DNA from: Podarcis vaucheri
Taxonomy: Eukaryota
DNA: 64,000 nucleotides
Assembly (NCBI GenBank): GCA_965113315.1
Contig: OZ220370.1
Reading direction: 5' to 3' (one strand)
Position numbers and translations under genes: made by a program. This document shows positions 10,296-24,069 of this stretch, piece by piece. Within the stretch, counting starts at the first letter, position 1, and the number at the start of each line of letters is the position of its first letter. The notes under the pieces were generated by a model. The model did no database searches. It had not been told where the DNA came from and worked only from the letters and a program-made list of their open reading frames with translations.

Positions 10296-12583
10296 ATTTT
10301 TTTTAAAAAAATGGAAACAATCCAGCAAAAAATAAAGTATTTAATTTAGATTAATTTCAATTGGAGGAAGTTAAATGCATACTTAACCCTCCCGATGAAA
10401 TCAGTAGGACATAAATGGAGCATGTCCCAGTTTTCTTACTAACTAATACTGAATCTTCATTGCAGAGGCCCTTTTTGACTAGCATTCAGCACCCAGTGCA
10501 GTGCTGTGCAGAGGTACAGACTCTGCAATGCCCAACAGATGGTTGGCTGAATACTTATTGGGGAAGAAGTGAATCCATGTTCTCTCCCTCCAGAGAATGA
10601 TTCATGTGGATGGGCTCTCCAGACAGGGTCACAGAATTTTATTCCCTATCATGTTTTAGTGTTACTGAATTTTTCTTGAAGGAGTTTTTATTTGCTATGC
10701 TTTCTGCTGCAGTGGGTCTTGGTTGTATTTGTTTTAGTTTCATACTTGATGTCTGCCTGTCTTATTATTACTGGTTTATTCATTTTTTATTTGCGATTAT
10801 ACTGTATTATCTTTACAATTACTGTTTTTATAGAAGCAATCTTGAGGGAGTTTTGACTTTTTAAGGCAGCATATAAATATTTTAAATAAAATAATAAATG
10901 TATTGTTAAACAAATTCTTAATAGTTTTGTTGTTGTCACTCATCCTGAGAACTTTGTTATAGAGCACTATAAACAAACAAACTATTGCTTCACAGGAGGA
11001 GAAAAAAAACATCCTTACTGCACACATTTTGTCATAAAAAGGAGAGCATAAAAGCTCTTTATTAAAGAATATGAATGACTAAAAACTGTCTTGAAAGGCA
11101 CTTGACTTAATAAATTGGAAGTCTCCAAAGAAGTCACAAGGGACTAGTCAGTAAACAATTCACATATTTTAAAATGTCTAATCACATTTTCAGCAATACT
11201 GTCTTATCCTCAGAGGCTCGTACAACACTGAAATAATTGATCACTGTGAATTATGTAGGCTCAGCTAGGAGGGTGAAGGTTAATTATCTCACTTTAAGAG
11301 CCCGGCAAAGAAGGGTTTTGATAATTAGAACACCATTTTGAAACAGAATTTGGACTTCTAAATACTTCAAATGATATTTTAAATATCAGACAGGCTTATA
11401 AGAAAAATCTAAAGCTGTCCATTTTTTTTTTTAAAAAACCCTCATGGTACAAGCTCTACAGACATTAAATCTGCCTTAAGTTTGAGGCAGTGAGGCTGTG
11501 ACAAGTAGATTTGTTCAACTGGATAACGAGCTGAACATCTTCAATTTTTATGGATGTCCTAGCTAAAGTGTATCCCCAAAAGCTTTATATACTGTGCATC
11601 TGTGTTGTATTAGGAGTTGGATAATGGCTTGCATAATAACTACATATTTATAACCGTTCCCCAACCTAAAATCTAGGGAGTCCCTAATCAAGTCTCTCTC
11701 TATGGAAGAGGTTGAACAACATGGTGTAGAAGTGGATTATACATACCCACTTTAATCTGGTTTAAGGCCCAGTTTAGAAGTGGAACTTTTACTCTTCCAG
11801 GCCCAAATTTTAGAATACACTTTCCATTGCTGTCTGCTGGTGCTCTTCTTCATTCTCCTTTGCAGTTTTGCAAGACATTTTATACATTTAGGTGCTTGAT
11901 TTCTGGTCCTTCACTGTTCCTTATTTTACATTTGGCTTCTTTTTAGTGTGATTACTGAACACCTCCATGCTTACCTGAGGTCTGAACTTTTCACAGTCAC
12001 CCTGACATTGTATTAAACAAGACGATAGATTAAATACATTACTTTAATAAGTAAAATGGCTGGGGAGCAAAGAATGCTTATGGTGGGTGGAGAAGGTTCA
12101 GGACAAAGGGAGAAAGGTACCACCTTTGGTACCTCTCACCTTCCCCAGTGCGCTTCTGCCAGCTTCTTCTACCACCTGATTATATGGAGTGGGCAGGTAC
12201 AGGACCTAGCGGGTGCTGCCATTACCAGCCTAAGTGACCAAAAAGGCAAGGAATGGTTGCTCTGTCAATGCATGCTGAAATTCAATGAAAGCAAAGCAAA
12301 AATATAATAGAAAATAGTAATTGTGAAATAGTTCAGAGATTTGAAAGAAACACTGTTTCTACAATTCTATGAAAAGGATGTAGCAGTTCAGCTTTTACTT
12401 GAAAGTACCTTCTTGTCAGCAGAAAAATAATCTAGCACTATTATATTTTATTTGCTAGTGCAAATCAATTCCAACACTTTCACCATTCGCTTTTTTCACC
12501 GCTAAGTTAAACCCCAACCATCTTCCTCTCTTAGGTAAAACAGCCACCCTTTCCCCAACCCCAAATATATAGCACACATTTAC

Positions 12584-12662
12584 CTCTCTTGCATGGGTGG
12601 AAGTTGTATCCAGCTGTTAAATCTAGGATCATACCGGCTAACAAAGTTTGTACTGTGCTTTC
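12584..12662 (-). CDS. KLHL14: KLHL14 coding exon (79 nt, Kelch)
   Basis: Encodes (G)KHSTNFVSRYDPRFNSWIQLPPMQE(R); ctttacAG| acceptor, |GTAAAT donor. Confidence 0.96.
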
Positions 12663-15600
12663 CTGTAAAGAAATTAGTTTCACATTTAACTCTCTGTTTT
12701 CTGTCATTACAAATCACTGCAATAGTATATTCCTTTCACTTGTCAATCTTTATGGAGGTCTTCTCTCTAGAGCAAAGCACGTAAACACACAAAATCAACA
12801 GCCTCTAACTACAGTTCTTAATAGGTATCTATGGAAGTAGTAAAAAACAAAGTATTTTAGCTCTGTCAAATAAGGTTCCCTACAAGTCTCTCTTTAAGAC
12901 AGAAACCCACTAGCATTTTTTTTTAAAGTGTCATAAATCTTATGACAATAGGAAATTATTGTTCTGAGGGAGATGGGCTTCTCGTGGCATTTCATGAATA
13001 TTTTGTAGCAATCTGTAGAACCATGGGTATATCTGACATTCTTTCTTGTCTCCCCAGTTTGCAGTGGGAAGAGGGTGATGTTGATTGCTTATAGGAAGGT
13101 GAACACATCTTTACTAAGTGCTCAGGCATCCTTACGTTAGGGATTTGATGTTATAATCTTGAAATTTTCCCTTATAGGACAAAGAGGAAAATACATACTG
13201 CCTTTTAGAAGGATTTATATGTGCCATCTAAAAATAATATATTTCTACTGTCCCTAAGTCACAAATAAAGCAAAACAAAGCAAAGGCTAATTGTGGAAGT
13301 CTACATTATCCTGACTACTAACCTCTGGCACTGCATGCCTTCAAGATATTAAGATTGCAGTATATTTTACATACAGATTGACATCAAAGCAAGAAGACTG
13401 GAGCAAGGGAGTGCATGGCAATTTCTGTTTAACACCTGAGCCTTCAGCACACAAGTATCTCAAAAAGCCCTCTTGTTTCTTGTATGTGTGACTAAAAAAA
13501 TTGAATCACAGCTACATGACAACCCAATCATGTATCTCAGAAGGAAATAAATGTGTAGTGGGTAGTGCACCAGGTAAACAATTTTAGTGTAAAGGAACCC
13601 CAAATGCTTACAACCTCTTTCCTTTATACACTGAATTTGCATTAATCAATAAAATACAGTTTTGTCTCTTTGGTGTTTTTTAAATTTCTAACAGAGATTC
13701 TTACCCAACAGGCCTTCAAGGTTTGATCTAAGAAAATGGTTCATAGTGAAATGAAAATTCCACACCTGTGAGGGTGAAAACAGTGTATTCTCCATCCAGC
13801 ATAGGTAGATGCTATTTACGGGACTGAACATGCAAAGCCGACGAGTCCAAACAAGTGGAGAACTTAGTTCCCTTTCAACTTAGCACTGAATGGTGATCTG
13901 CATAGCCGTTTGAAATACATGGTAAATAAGCAGTGCCACATTTAATAGGGAAATCAAGCAGGGCTCCTTTGAATAATAGGAAGCTTGACTGTGCTAGATG
14001 GACCAGTGATCTCACTCAGATGCCCTCTGTTTGGGGAGGCAGGGCTAAGCAGACTCCCACCCCGCTAATATGCTTCCCTGTTAGGCAAACTACCTTGCCG
14101 CTATTAAACTACCTTGTCACTATTAAAATGAGATGGAAGGAAAAGAAGTGGGGCAAAGTAGCTCAGCCGTTAGGTGTTCCTGTACAATGCTTCCCTTTGC
14201 AGGTCAGTGCTCCACATAGCTCTACTCTAGCCATCATGAAAAATCAGAGTGAACTCAAGTGTGAATTCTAAAGCTGGGGAGATACCCCATCCATGCCACT
14301 GTTTCTGTTAAGAGTGCCATCTAATTTTGGGGGGGGGGGTCAAGGGTATTTTAACGTGGGAGAAGGCTTGGGGAGTTGCAACAGAAGTCTTCAAACTAGT
14401 TCTATAGGTTACAGTTCTAGAAGTAATTATTTGCAACCTTTTGTGCAGTAGCATTTCAGGAATAAAGTAGAAAAGCTATTCTTCCAAAACATTGATTTAA
14501 ATAATTTTTGTAAAAACCCCCAAAAAACCTACCGGATACAGGCTCATGGAATGGACTAGTTTATCTCAGTTTTCAAGGAAAGGAACAGATGTAACGCTTC
14601 GATATAATTTGGTTTAGTGCAGATGCTGAAATGGGTCTTTCACAATAAAATATATGCAGTATATGTAATTTCAGCTGGATCTTCTGGCATTTTGAAGTGA
14701 AAATGTGTACCTGCAAGCTGTTTTATAGTTTGCCAGTCATAATTATCTCCGTTACACAGACTGCTACAACTGCAACTCTGTCCTCATGTGCAAGCTCTTC
14801 AACAATGTCTTGACAATATTTTAAATTTTGCAAGGCATACTGTTCTCTTTTGCTTTGTTCAGAAGTCTGTTAAATTGTTTAATTTCTCTCTGCAGAAAAT
14901 TTATGAAGTAATCAAATAAGGAACACATACTACTAGATAATCTCTATGTGAATCCCTTGCACAAGATTAGAAATAAATGTGTAGTGGAACAACCAAACAG
15001 TCTTTTGATACTGCATACATAACATTTTACCTGGAAGGGACTGGCTTGGAACTGGAAGAAAAGCACTGACTGTAAACATTGCTTTACTGCAGTAAGAAAT
15101 ACACAGAGTGTTGAGAAGCCAGGGTCCTCCTTCCATCATGCTGTGGTACAGGATGGAAGAGAAGGGATGCAGGACCTTTTCATCAGCACAGCTGAGACCA
15201 GCACATTTGGCTCTTATTCTCTTTGAACTGTCTCCCTACCAGCTGGTCCTCAGAAGAGCTTGTAACTAAGAACCGCTACCTCATTGTGCTTTTTCTTCCT
15301 CCCTCCTAATCTATTTTCCTTTTGTGTCATGCCTTTTAAATTGCAAGGCTGAGGGCAGGGTTTGATTTGTTTGTATTGATCTGTAAACCAAGATTTTTTT
15401 TTTCAGCTCAAGAGCAGGGTAGAAAAAATTCTAAATAAAATAATATAAAAGCATGAAATGCTGGTTAAAACTCCTAATAGCTGCCATGAAATGCCTTAGT
15501 CTGGAAAACACTGTCTACACATATAAAGAAGATGTGGTAGCTTGAATGACAAAGGCACCAAAGCCTCAAATCAGCAGTTTGGCTGCCCATGGAGAGGAAC

Positions 15601-16790
15601 TAGAACGTGTACACAGAGTTCCTCACATGAAAGCATTCCTCACATGAAAGCATTCATTGCTCCTGTGGAATATTCTCCCACTGTATGTGGAGTTTCTCTG
15701 CTACAGGTGAAGGGCTTGGTATGTCACAGAATGCTGTTGACAGCGTCCTCAAGCTTTTTGGGTAGCACTCAGTTCTCAAGCCCACTTACTGTGTTAGCTG
15801 GCTGGCTGGCTGGCTGGCTGGGTGAGAAAGAACATAGTTAGCTTTTGAAGCATAGGGCCTTCATTTCTGTGTTTCAAAATTTTCACTTTTCAGCTTGAAA
15901 TGGTCTCTAAACATAAAATTGGCCTTAAGTGTAGTATACAAATGGCTTCAGCATGACCTTAAAAATACCTGACTGTGTACATGATGCTGTGTATCTCTTC
16001 TGCATGACATAGCTCTCTAGAACTGCGGCCTTAGAGTTTTAATGGAACTTTGCAAGAACAAAACAAAACTGCTTTAATCAGTTTTATTGATCTTGTTCAG
16101 ATATCACACTAAAACCATAGTTTAACATAACAAGAACAAGCTGCAGCAAGATTCAACTTTGCATGCTCACACTTTGGCATGACCACTAGGAGGAGTTGTT
16201 TTTGCTTAACCACAGCTTATCATACTGTTTGAACCCAATGAACTGTTGTTAATGCTAACAATAGTTTGTTTGAAACAAGCCAACTTCAAATCAAGGATTA
16301 TGAAACTGGCTTATTGAAAACAAACCACTGTTAGCATTAACCACTGTCTGAACTCTGTGGGGACCCGCCAGAGGAGGTGTGAATATGTTAGTCCAGGTTT
16401 GTGGCTCACTCTCATAATGTTCAACTATGGTTTAGCATAATGTCCGAATGTGCCATTGTGAGCTGTTTGACAGTTCACTTCATCCAGGGGTTCTATTGCT
16501 GCAAGTGAATTTAGGGTCACAGCCTAATGGGCAGATTCGCATACTAGATTTTTTTTGCAGATACAGAATATTATTATGTTTGCATACATAAAAAGAGACA
16601 TGAAACTGCAATTCACAAACTCCTTTAAACAGCATCTCACCGGAAGGGCAGCTGACTGTGGGTATATAAGATCTATGGCTGCAGTCATATGACCGAAGAC
16701 AAATAACTTGTGGTACATCTGCAAATGGATATTTTGTACTTCAGTACTATTCACATATTCTTATAGTTCCATTAGTTATTATGTACATAC

Positions 16791-16880
16791 CATTAGGATT
16801 CCACTGGTCTTCTCCTCCCAATACGAACAAGAAATTTTCTACTTCCACAACACAATGGTGGGCACTATTATACGGCATAA
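16791..16880 (-). CDS. KLHL14: KLHL14 coding exon (90 nt, Kelch)
   Basis: Encodes (I)MPYNSAHHCVVEVENFLFVLGGEDQWNPN(G); ttgttcacAG| acceptor, |GTATGT donor. Confidence 0.96.
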
Positions 16881-17230
16881 CTGTGAACAAAACAGGTATT
16901 CTTTATCAAGCTCCATTTCATACAATGGCTGCTTTGAGACATTTACTTCACGAAAGCTCCAAACCATAAATGCAGACATAATATTAGTATGCTTCAGTTC
17001 TAGTACATATGTCAAGTAAACTAAAAGTTGCTGGTATCCCATCTTTATGATATCCCTTTTGGAGAAACTGGAAAAAATAACCAGATTAAATCACCACCAA
17101 TTTCCTTCCCTTGCATCTGCTTGCTGTCATGTTTTGGTGCTCCAGGTGCACTATCCCAAACTGGGCTATGATGTGCTGATCTCTTCAGCATCAACACTTG
17201 TAGCTGAATCCCAGCAAACACAGGCGTACG

Positions 17231-17425
17231 TGGGATCTTAAGACTACACAGCCCAGGGTCTGTTTTAACAGCTGCTAGTGTGATTTATGATACACAGAAG
17301 CTGTCATAACAGCTCCTCCAGGCTTGCAGTTCCTGAGGGGCCGCCGAATGCGACTTCACAAGCCTGTCACAGTTGTGTCGTCAGCTATTGCACAACCTGT
17401 GGGCTGAGTAGTCTTCAAGACCCCA
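17231..17425. mobile_element. MITE with ~24-bp TIRs
   Basis: tgggatcttaagactacacagccc / gggctgagtagtcttcaagacccca. Confidence 0.6.
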
Positions 17426-20400
17426 GGTATGCTGTAGTTGAAGGGGCCAATAATATACTTTGCAACTTTTTTAAAAATGAAAGAGACATGGCTAAACCTG
17501 CAATTGTCAACTGTGTCCTGCAAGTACCATGTAAATAGCAAGAAGGTTAAATAAAAGCAGCACTGCAAAAAAAAACAAAGAAAACACCCTCCACAAGCTT
17601 AGTTCTGTTGGCAACATTTCCATAAGAAGAGTCAAAGTATTCAGCAGCTTTCTCTTACACAGCAACGAGCAAGCTGCATTTCCATACAGTTTTAAGTTTT
17701 TAAATTAAGGTCCTGCTGATTTAATGCCTTCTCCAAATGTATACGCTTAATTTCCTGTACAATGTCATTAGCAGCACAATCAGACATTTTCCATCCATCT
17801 AATCAGGGAGGCCTTTGTTGAAAGATCAAAACTGTTTTACCATAGTTGCAACATCCTTTTTTTCTTTTTTTAAGAGGATGGGATTATTTTGAGGGGATGG
17901 GAGGGGAGAGGCAAGCAGGAAATCTTTTTTTCCTGATTCATCCCCCTCCCCTTCCCAAGGCTAGAGCTGTAAAACAAAAATATGCAATTTTAATGCCATA
18001 ATATGTATTGCTCTGTGGAATGCAACACTATCAAAAATCGTATGTTGAAATGCATACTTACACAGGTTTAGCTATCATACTACATGCAGTAGTTCTGGCC
18101 CGGTGTCACCAGTAGGAAAAATAATGTCCTTGTTCAGCTCATCATATGGGCACCTTAAATCTAGGTGAGGACAAATGGGGAGGTGATGTGCATGTACAGG
18201 CAGGGAACTTATTGCTTGAAACGGATCAACAGAGCACTTAGGAAACCAGTGCAGTGGGAAATCAATATGACTCAGGGCCAGCTTTTACTTTGTGCTCTTT
18301 TGCCAGTGCCAAAAAAAGAGGCAGCCTATCTCACACTTGGATTATTTTGGGTGATATATCTCTCATTTCATTTGTTTTATTATCTTTTATTTTTCTCAAT
18401 GCACTCGAAGCCGTATAGCATATGCAAATAACAATAAGAAATATGTGCAGCTTTCTTGTTGAAGACACATTTTCTTAAAGATCAAGTAGTCTCGTTTAAG
18501 CTTCTTACTGATTTTTATTTTATTTTATTTTATTTATTTTGCCTATGCAATGGTGAATAAGCAAGGTGCAAATTTAGCTTCCAGTAAAGGTCAAACATCA
18601 TTTTCATAGTCTGTGGTTGTGCAGCTGCCTAAGCAAAAGCAATTGTTAGGCAGCTAGGCTAGTGAAAATGCATTAATTAATGTTACTTATTGCTGGTAGA
18701 TCTTATACAGCCATTAAGCAGCCAGACATAGACACTGTTAATTTTCAAATTACTTACACAGTTGTTCCACGTAAGTCAATGAGATATTTTGGAAGATGAA
18801 GCTTAAGAACTATAGCTTTGGAAAATGTATTGATAGGTAGAATGGCTTAATGTCATGTGTAGATTTATATTCGTATTAGTTCACAACAGCCAGTATGTTA
18901 ATTTATAACTCAGGGGCAAGTCGGAGATTTGAGCCCACAGGTAAGCTTTCTTCTGCAAGTTAAATGTAATGCCATCATTCCATGCATTACTAAAACCCTC
19001 TCCCTTAAGAGGCCGCCTGAGCAACTTGTGAGCAGCCCACTAGAAACAAGGCCACAATACACAGGTGGTGATCTGTGCTTGTTTTCTGCCTCACATGTTG
19101 TGGAATCCTTCTTCAGATCACATGAAATCATGAAAAGCAAGTTCTGCCTCTTTTTTTAACTCATGACAAAATACTCACACAAAATTGATCTGGAGACCCT
19201 TCATATTTACTCCAAAGATACTAAGAGCGGATCTGAGGCTCCTTTCCTGTTACATTGCAGCACCTTTCAATTGCATACCCAGAAGCATGGGGGAACCACT
19301 TCATAGTACAGGGATGCCAAATCGTAGAAGTTGGGCAGGGTGGTCACGTGAATAATTGTTTGCTTCCCCACAGGTTGCCAGTTCCATGTGAAATATTCAT
19401 GTGACCACCCCTACCAATGTTCTTATGTTATTTTATTTATACTGCTCTTCAAATAAGCACTTCCTGGTTGGAGTAAGGCAGGTCGCATGCGCACCCCATG
19501 CAGAATGCAGCTGAATCATGCAGAAGTGATTTCCTTGCCGTTGGGCATGCTTCTTAGCATGTAATGTACTAAGGCAGCAAAACTTCTTTAAACATGGCTT
19601 TCAGAGCTAAGTGGCAACAATATATGGCCAGCAGTACTCTGTTTGTTTGATGCCATGTGTAAAAATGGTGGAATATCCGATTTGTAAAATTACTGGTATT
19701 ATGTTCACTCCAATGACACAAGTGAAAGTTGCAATGGAATAAGCAGAAATAAATGTTCTAAAATGTCACTCAGGTTAAAAAAACAACAACGCTCTGGTTC
19801 CAAAATGTAACTTATAAAAGAGCATGTTACAATTCAGAGAACTACATTACTGGCTCTGTTGGGAGTATGTATTTTTCAGACAGAAGCTGCCGCCGTCCCC
19901 CAAAATTTAAAGGTTCCACTAGGCACGTGTGAGCCCTTGGGCACACCTACAATAACTTTCTGTATGATATGACACGTTTCTGCATTCTGAAGGCAGCAAC
20001 TACACTATTTACATTGCCCCTCATCCCTCCTGCCCCAGGATGCCTTTTAGACCAACTTATTACATTCACTAAGAATTCATGGGTGTAAATAATGCAAAGC
20101 ATGGGCCAATGTGTAGTCCACTGATGCAGACAGCTGCTCTTATTAATTGCACACTGTCCTCTGCTTTGCTGATTTATTTTAATATGAGTCTCAGATTCCC
20201 TCATCTTTACATTTCATTTCATCTCAGGTGAGTACCTCTCTTCCCCTCCAAAAAAGGTATTGGAAAAGAAGTTTGTACGCCACNNNNNNNNNNNNNNNNN
20301 NNNNNNNNNNNNNNNNNNNNNNNNNNNNNNNNNNNNNNNNNNNNNNNNNNNNNNNNNNNNNNNNNNNNNNNNNNNNNNNNNNNNNNNNNNNNNNNNNNNN

Positions 20401-23400
20401 NNNNNNNNNNNNNNNNNNNNNNNNNNNNNNNNNNNNNNNNNNNNNNNAGACNNNNNNNNNNNNNNNNNNNNNNNNNNNNNNNNNNNNNNNNNNNNNNNNN
20501 NNNNNNNNNNNNNNNNNNNNNNNNNNNNNNNNNNNNNNNNNNNNNNNNNNNNNNNNNNNNNNNNNNNNNNNNNNNNNNNNNNNNNNNNNNNNNNNNNNNT
20601 AGAGGCACTTTCAAAAGAGGTTTAAAAATCTAATAACATGTGTTTATAAAGCTCTCTGCAAGAACTCTCAGCTTTATTAAACAAACTAGTGGAGTTAAAT
20701 GAAAGGAGAAAACACCAATAAATAAGAGGAAAAAATTGACATCTGAAAAACATGTGCAAGACCCAAGGTCCTAGAAATAAACTGCACCTATATAGACATA
20801 TCGGAGAGGACATGCACAAACCAACAGCTTCTCTTCTGGCCTACCTTCTCCCCCAGATGTTAAAGGCCCAAGATGATGAGAAAGCAGAGTTGTAGTACAG
20901 ATCACTTCTTTAAAATTTCAAAAGAAATCTGATCCACTTAATCTGTGGAGCAGAACCCTATTCTCAGTGGGGGGCGGGGAGCGGGGGGAGTTCGTTTCCT
21001 TCAGTATCTGTGTTTCTGCATTCTAGTGTGTAGATTGTTTGGATTGAACTTGTACAAGTATTTGGTTGTGCATCATCAGCAACCAGTTTGGGAAAGGATT
21101 TATCTTACCAAAATCAGGCAAGGCAAAAGCAAAGAGAGACTTCCCCCTTTCCTGACAGAGAATGAGTGATATCTTCTCTCTCACTGTGCACACCCATCCA
21201 CTTCCAGTTCTGCCCTTCACCACATCTTTCCCCACACTTTACTATGCTTGCACAATATTTGAATTCTTTTTCTTCGTCAGATGCCGTGCCTTGTAAGATT
21301 GTTTCATTGATCTTAACTAATGTGTTTCCACCAACCAGAAAACACACAGGTCCCAGAAAACACCTTGAAAACACAACAGGTTCCATAGGCCTGAATGGCA
21401 GGTATATATTTCTAAACAAACAGTGGGCACAAGCCAAGACACCAGTTTCTCAAATGTTTATGGGTGCCCATCTTTCCTTCACATCATATATGGTTACCGC
21501 AGCAAACCTAAACCACACATAAAGTTTGAGGCAGCTCTAAGTCAGCAATGTATCACCAGGAGAGGCTGTGCAGGCACTAAAAAAGCCTTCCACTGTTTAA
21601 AAATAATTCTATAACCCCTTCCTCAAATTTGCTCATAATTATTCAAAAATTAGCACTTGCCAATAAATTTCAGCATAACAGCTGTCTAGGAGATGTTCAC
21701 TTTGAATGCAAACGCATTCATTATTTGTAATGAATTACTAACTACCCAAAACACAGTAGATTTCTGGTCACAAATATCTGGGTTGGAGAGAGGTGCTTCA
21801 GATGGAAGAGCACCAAATGAAGATAAGTGGACAATGAATACTTTTGTGTTACTGGATGAACTGAAAATCTGCTTTGATTTTTAAAATGCTTGTGAGGTCT
21901 GCTTTGCCAGAGATACAGTCACAGAGACAGAAATCACTTGGAGCAATTCAACAGTAATGTTACACATAGGTGTTAAGTTCTAATGGAGACAGACATACTG
22001 TACAGGGTTCTTTAAAAACTGTATCAACCAATCCAATACCTACCTACTATACTTTTTTAATTGTTTTTTTTTACTTTTTAAGTCTCCTTGAGACAATTTT
22101 GTGAAAAAGTGACAAATTAATATAAATAAATAAATACTTGTAAGTAAGGTTTCCTCTGTTCAATGGGACTTACTACCAGGTATGTGGGTATAAGATTGCA
22201 ACTTCAGTCTGTCAAGTTAGAAATGATGACTGCAGTATCTGTCTGTTTTTAAAAACCAGTCACACACTCATCCTTTACAATTCTAGATGGAGTCACTAGA
22301 TGGTGTTCATAGCTGCCTGCCCTTCTGTGCCCCACCTCAAGATGCTTTGAATTATTATATTAATCAGAATTTGCAGCCAACCACAAACAAAGAAGTGAAA
22401 TGTAACATGAATAGCATAGCTAGTTTTCTCTCCAGCAGTTAACTTCTGTTTGTGTATCCAGTTCAAAGGAAAGAAATCAAATGTCGTGTACAGAAAACAA
22501 ATGCATTTGGTGCCAATCCTGACAAGTGCTGAGTTCCTACAGCTCTCACTGATTGTGACAGATTTGGCACAAAATGTGCCTTGTGTTTTCTTGTCTCAGT
22601 TCCCCAAATCCAAACTGAATGAGAAGCAGTCCATGATTCCACTGGCAGTCCAAAATATAGTTTCCTACTCCATACTTCAGTCCTGGTAAAATAATTGCTT
22701 CTGTTTATTGTTTCATGGCTGCTTTGTGGCTGTGTCTCTGTAGTTCCACCATGGGTTCGCCACATTTTTTCCCTGTAAAGTTTGAAAGCTGTTTTCTCAT
22801 AGTTGTGCTCCATGCTACAGAGGCTCAACTGGCCTCAACCAGAAGTCAGGCATTTAGTGTTACTGTGGGACACTCTTCCAGCAGAGATTCATCAAGCTTT
22901 CCTCACTTTTTGACTTTCAAGCATCTCTTGAATACTTCTTTATGCCAAAAAGCCTATGCAGTTATTTAAAATCTCTTTGAGGAGCCAATCTTCCCTCCAT
23001 TGTCATTCTGGCCTCATCTCTCCCCAAGGCAGATGCTGGAGCCTCTCACTCCCTGTTGTAGACCTTCTTAGTTCTCATGTCAAATGATTTGTGCTTCCAG
23101 GTAGGTATATATTCTTCATCAGTTGCCATACTCTGCTTCTTGCTCTCTCTATGCTTCCTTCTGTCTTCAGGACCACTTTTTAGTCCCTTGCCAATCCTCT
23201 TCAGCCTACCAAAACTTGTCCAAACAGAGTTAAACCTAGTCTTATACAGTACTTTCTTTGGTCACGATCCTCAAGCCAATCAATTTGTTTCTGATGGAAT
23301 TACAAAGCCCATTTGCCTATAAATAAGGACAATGGGATTTGAATGCAATATCCACTAACTGACCAATCATAAACCAATCAGTTCTGAATGCCACTGCTGT

Positions 23401-23801
23401 TAGCATAAAAGGTGAAATGCAGCCAGCAATAGGAAGCAGCTGTGACAGTTTAAATGTCAATTGACTAACAGACCTTGTATAACTATGTATATTCTCTCTG
23501 CTTCTAGCCAGTAGTTAGAGACAATACTTCCTGACAGTTAGCCATTTACAACCCAATAAGTGTTAAAATTGTTAAAACATGGTAAGTTTACCGCACAACA
23601 ATATAGGTTTTCCACACTGTAGGAGCTTCTGCCACCATAGTGCTTTTGAAAGCAACTGTTCATGAGATAAAAGCAGGTGATACAGTATTTGGATTCAACA
23701 GGATGTGATACAGGATTGCTGAATGGTAGCTTAAGTATAGCTCTAATAGCCTGGGTAGATTCAACATTCAGAATTTGCTAACACTGGGTATCTGTCTTTG
23801 A

Positions 23802-24069
23802 TTGTTGTTGTTTAGTCGTGTCCAACTCTTCATGACCCCATGGACCAGAGCACGCCAGGCACTCCTGTCTTCCACTGCCTTCCACAGCTTGGTCAAACTC
23901 ACGTTTGTAGCTTCAAGAACACTGTCCAACCATCTCATCCTCTGTCATCCCTTCTCCTTGTGCCCTATCTTTCCCAACATCAGGGTCTTTTCCAGGGAGT
24001 CTTCTCTTCTCATTAGGTGGCCAAAGTATTGGAGCCTCAGCTTCAGGATCTGTCCTTCCAGTGAGCACT
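23802..24069 (-). mobile_element. BovB (RTE) LINE 3' fragment
   Basis: Minus strand reads ECSLEGQILKLRLQYFGHLMRREDSLEKTLMLGK...RMRWLDSV, then ccatggggtcatgaagagttggacacgactaaac with a (CAA)n tail. Confidence 0.9.
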
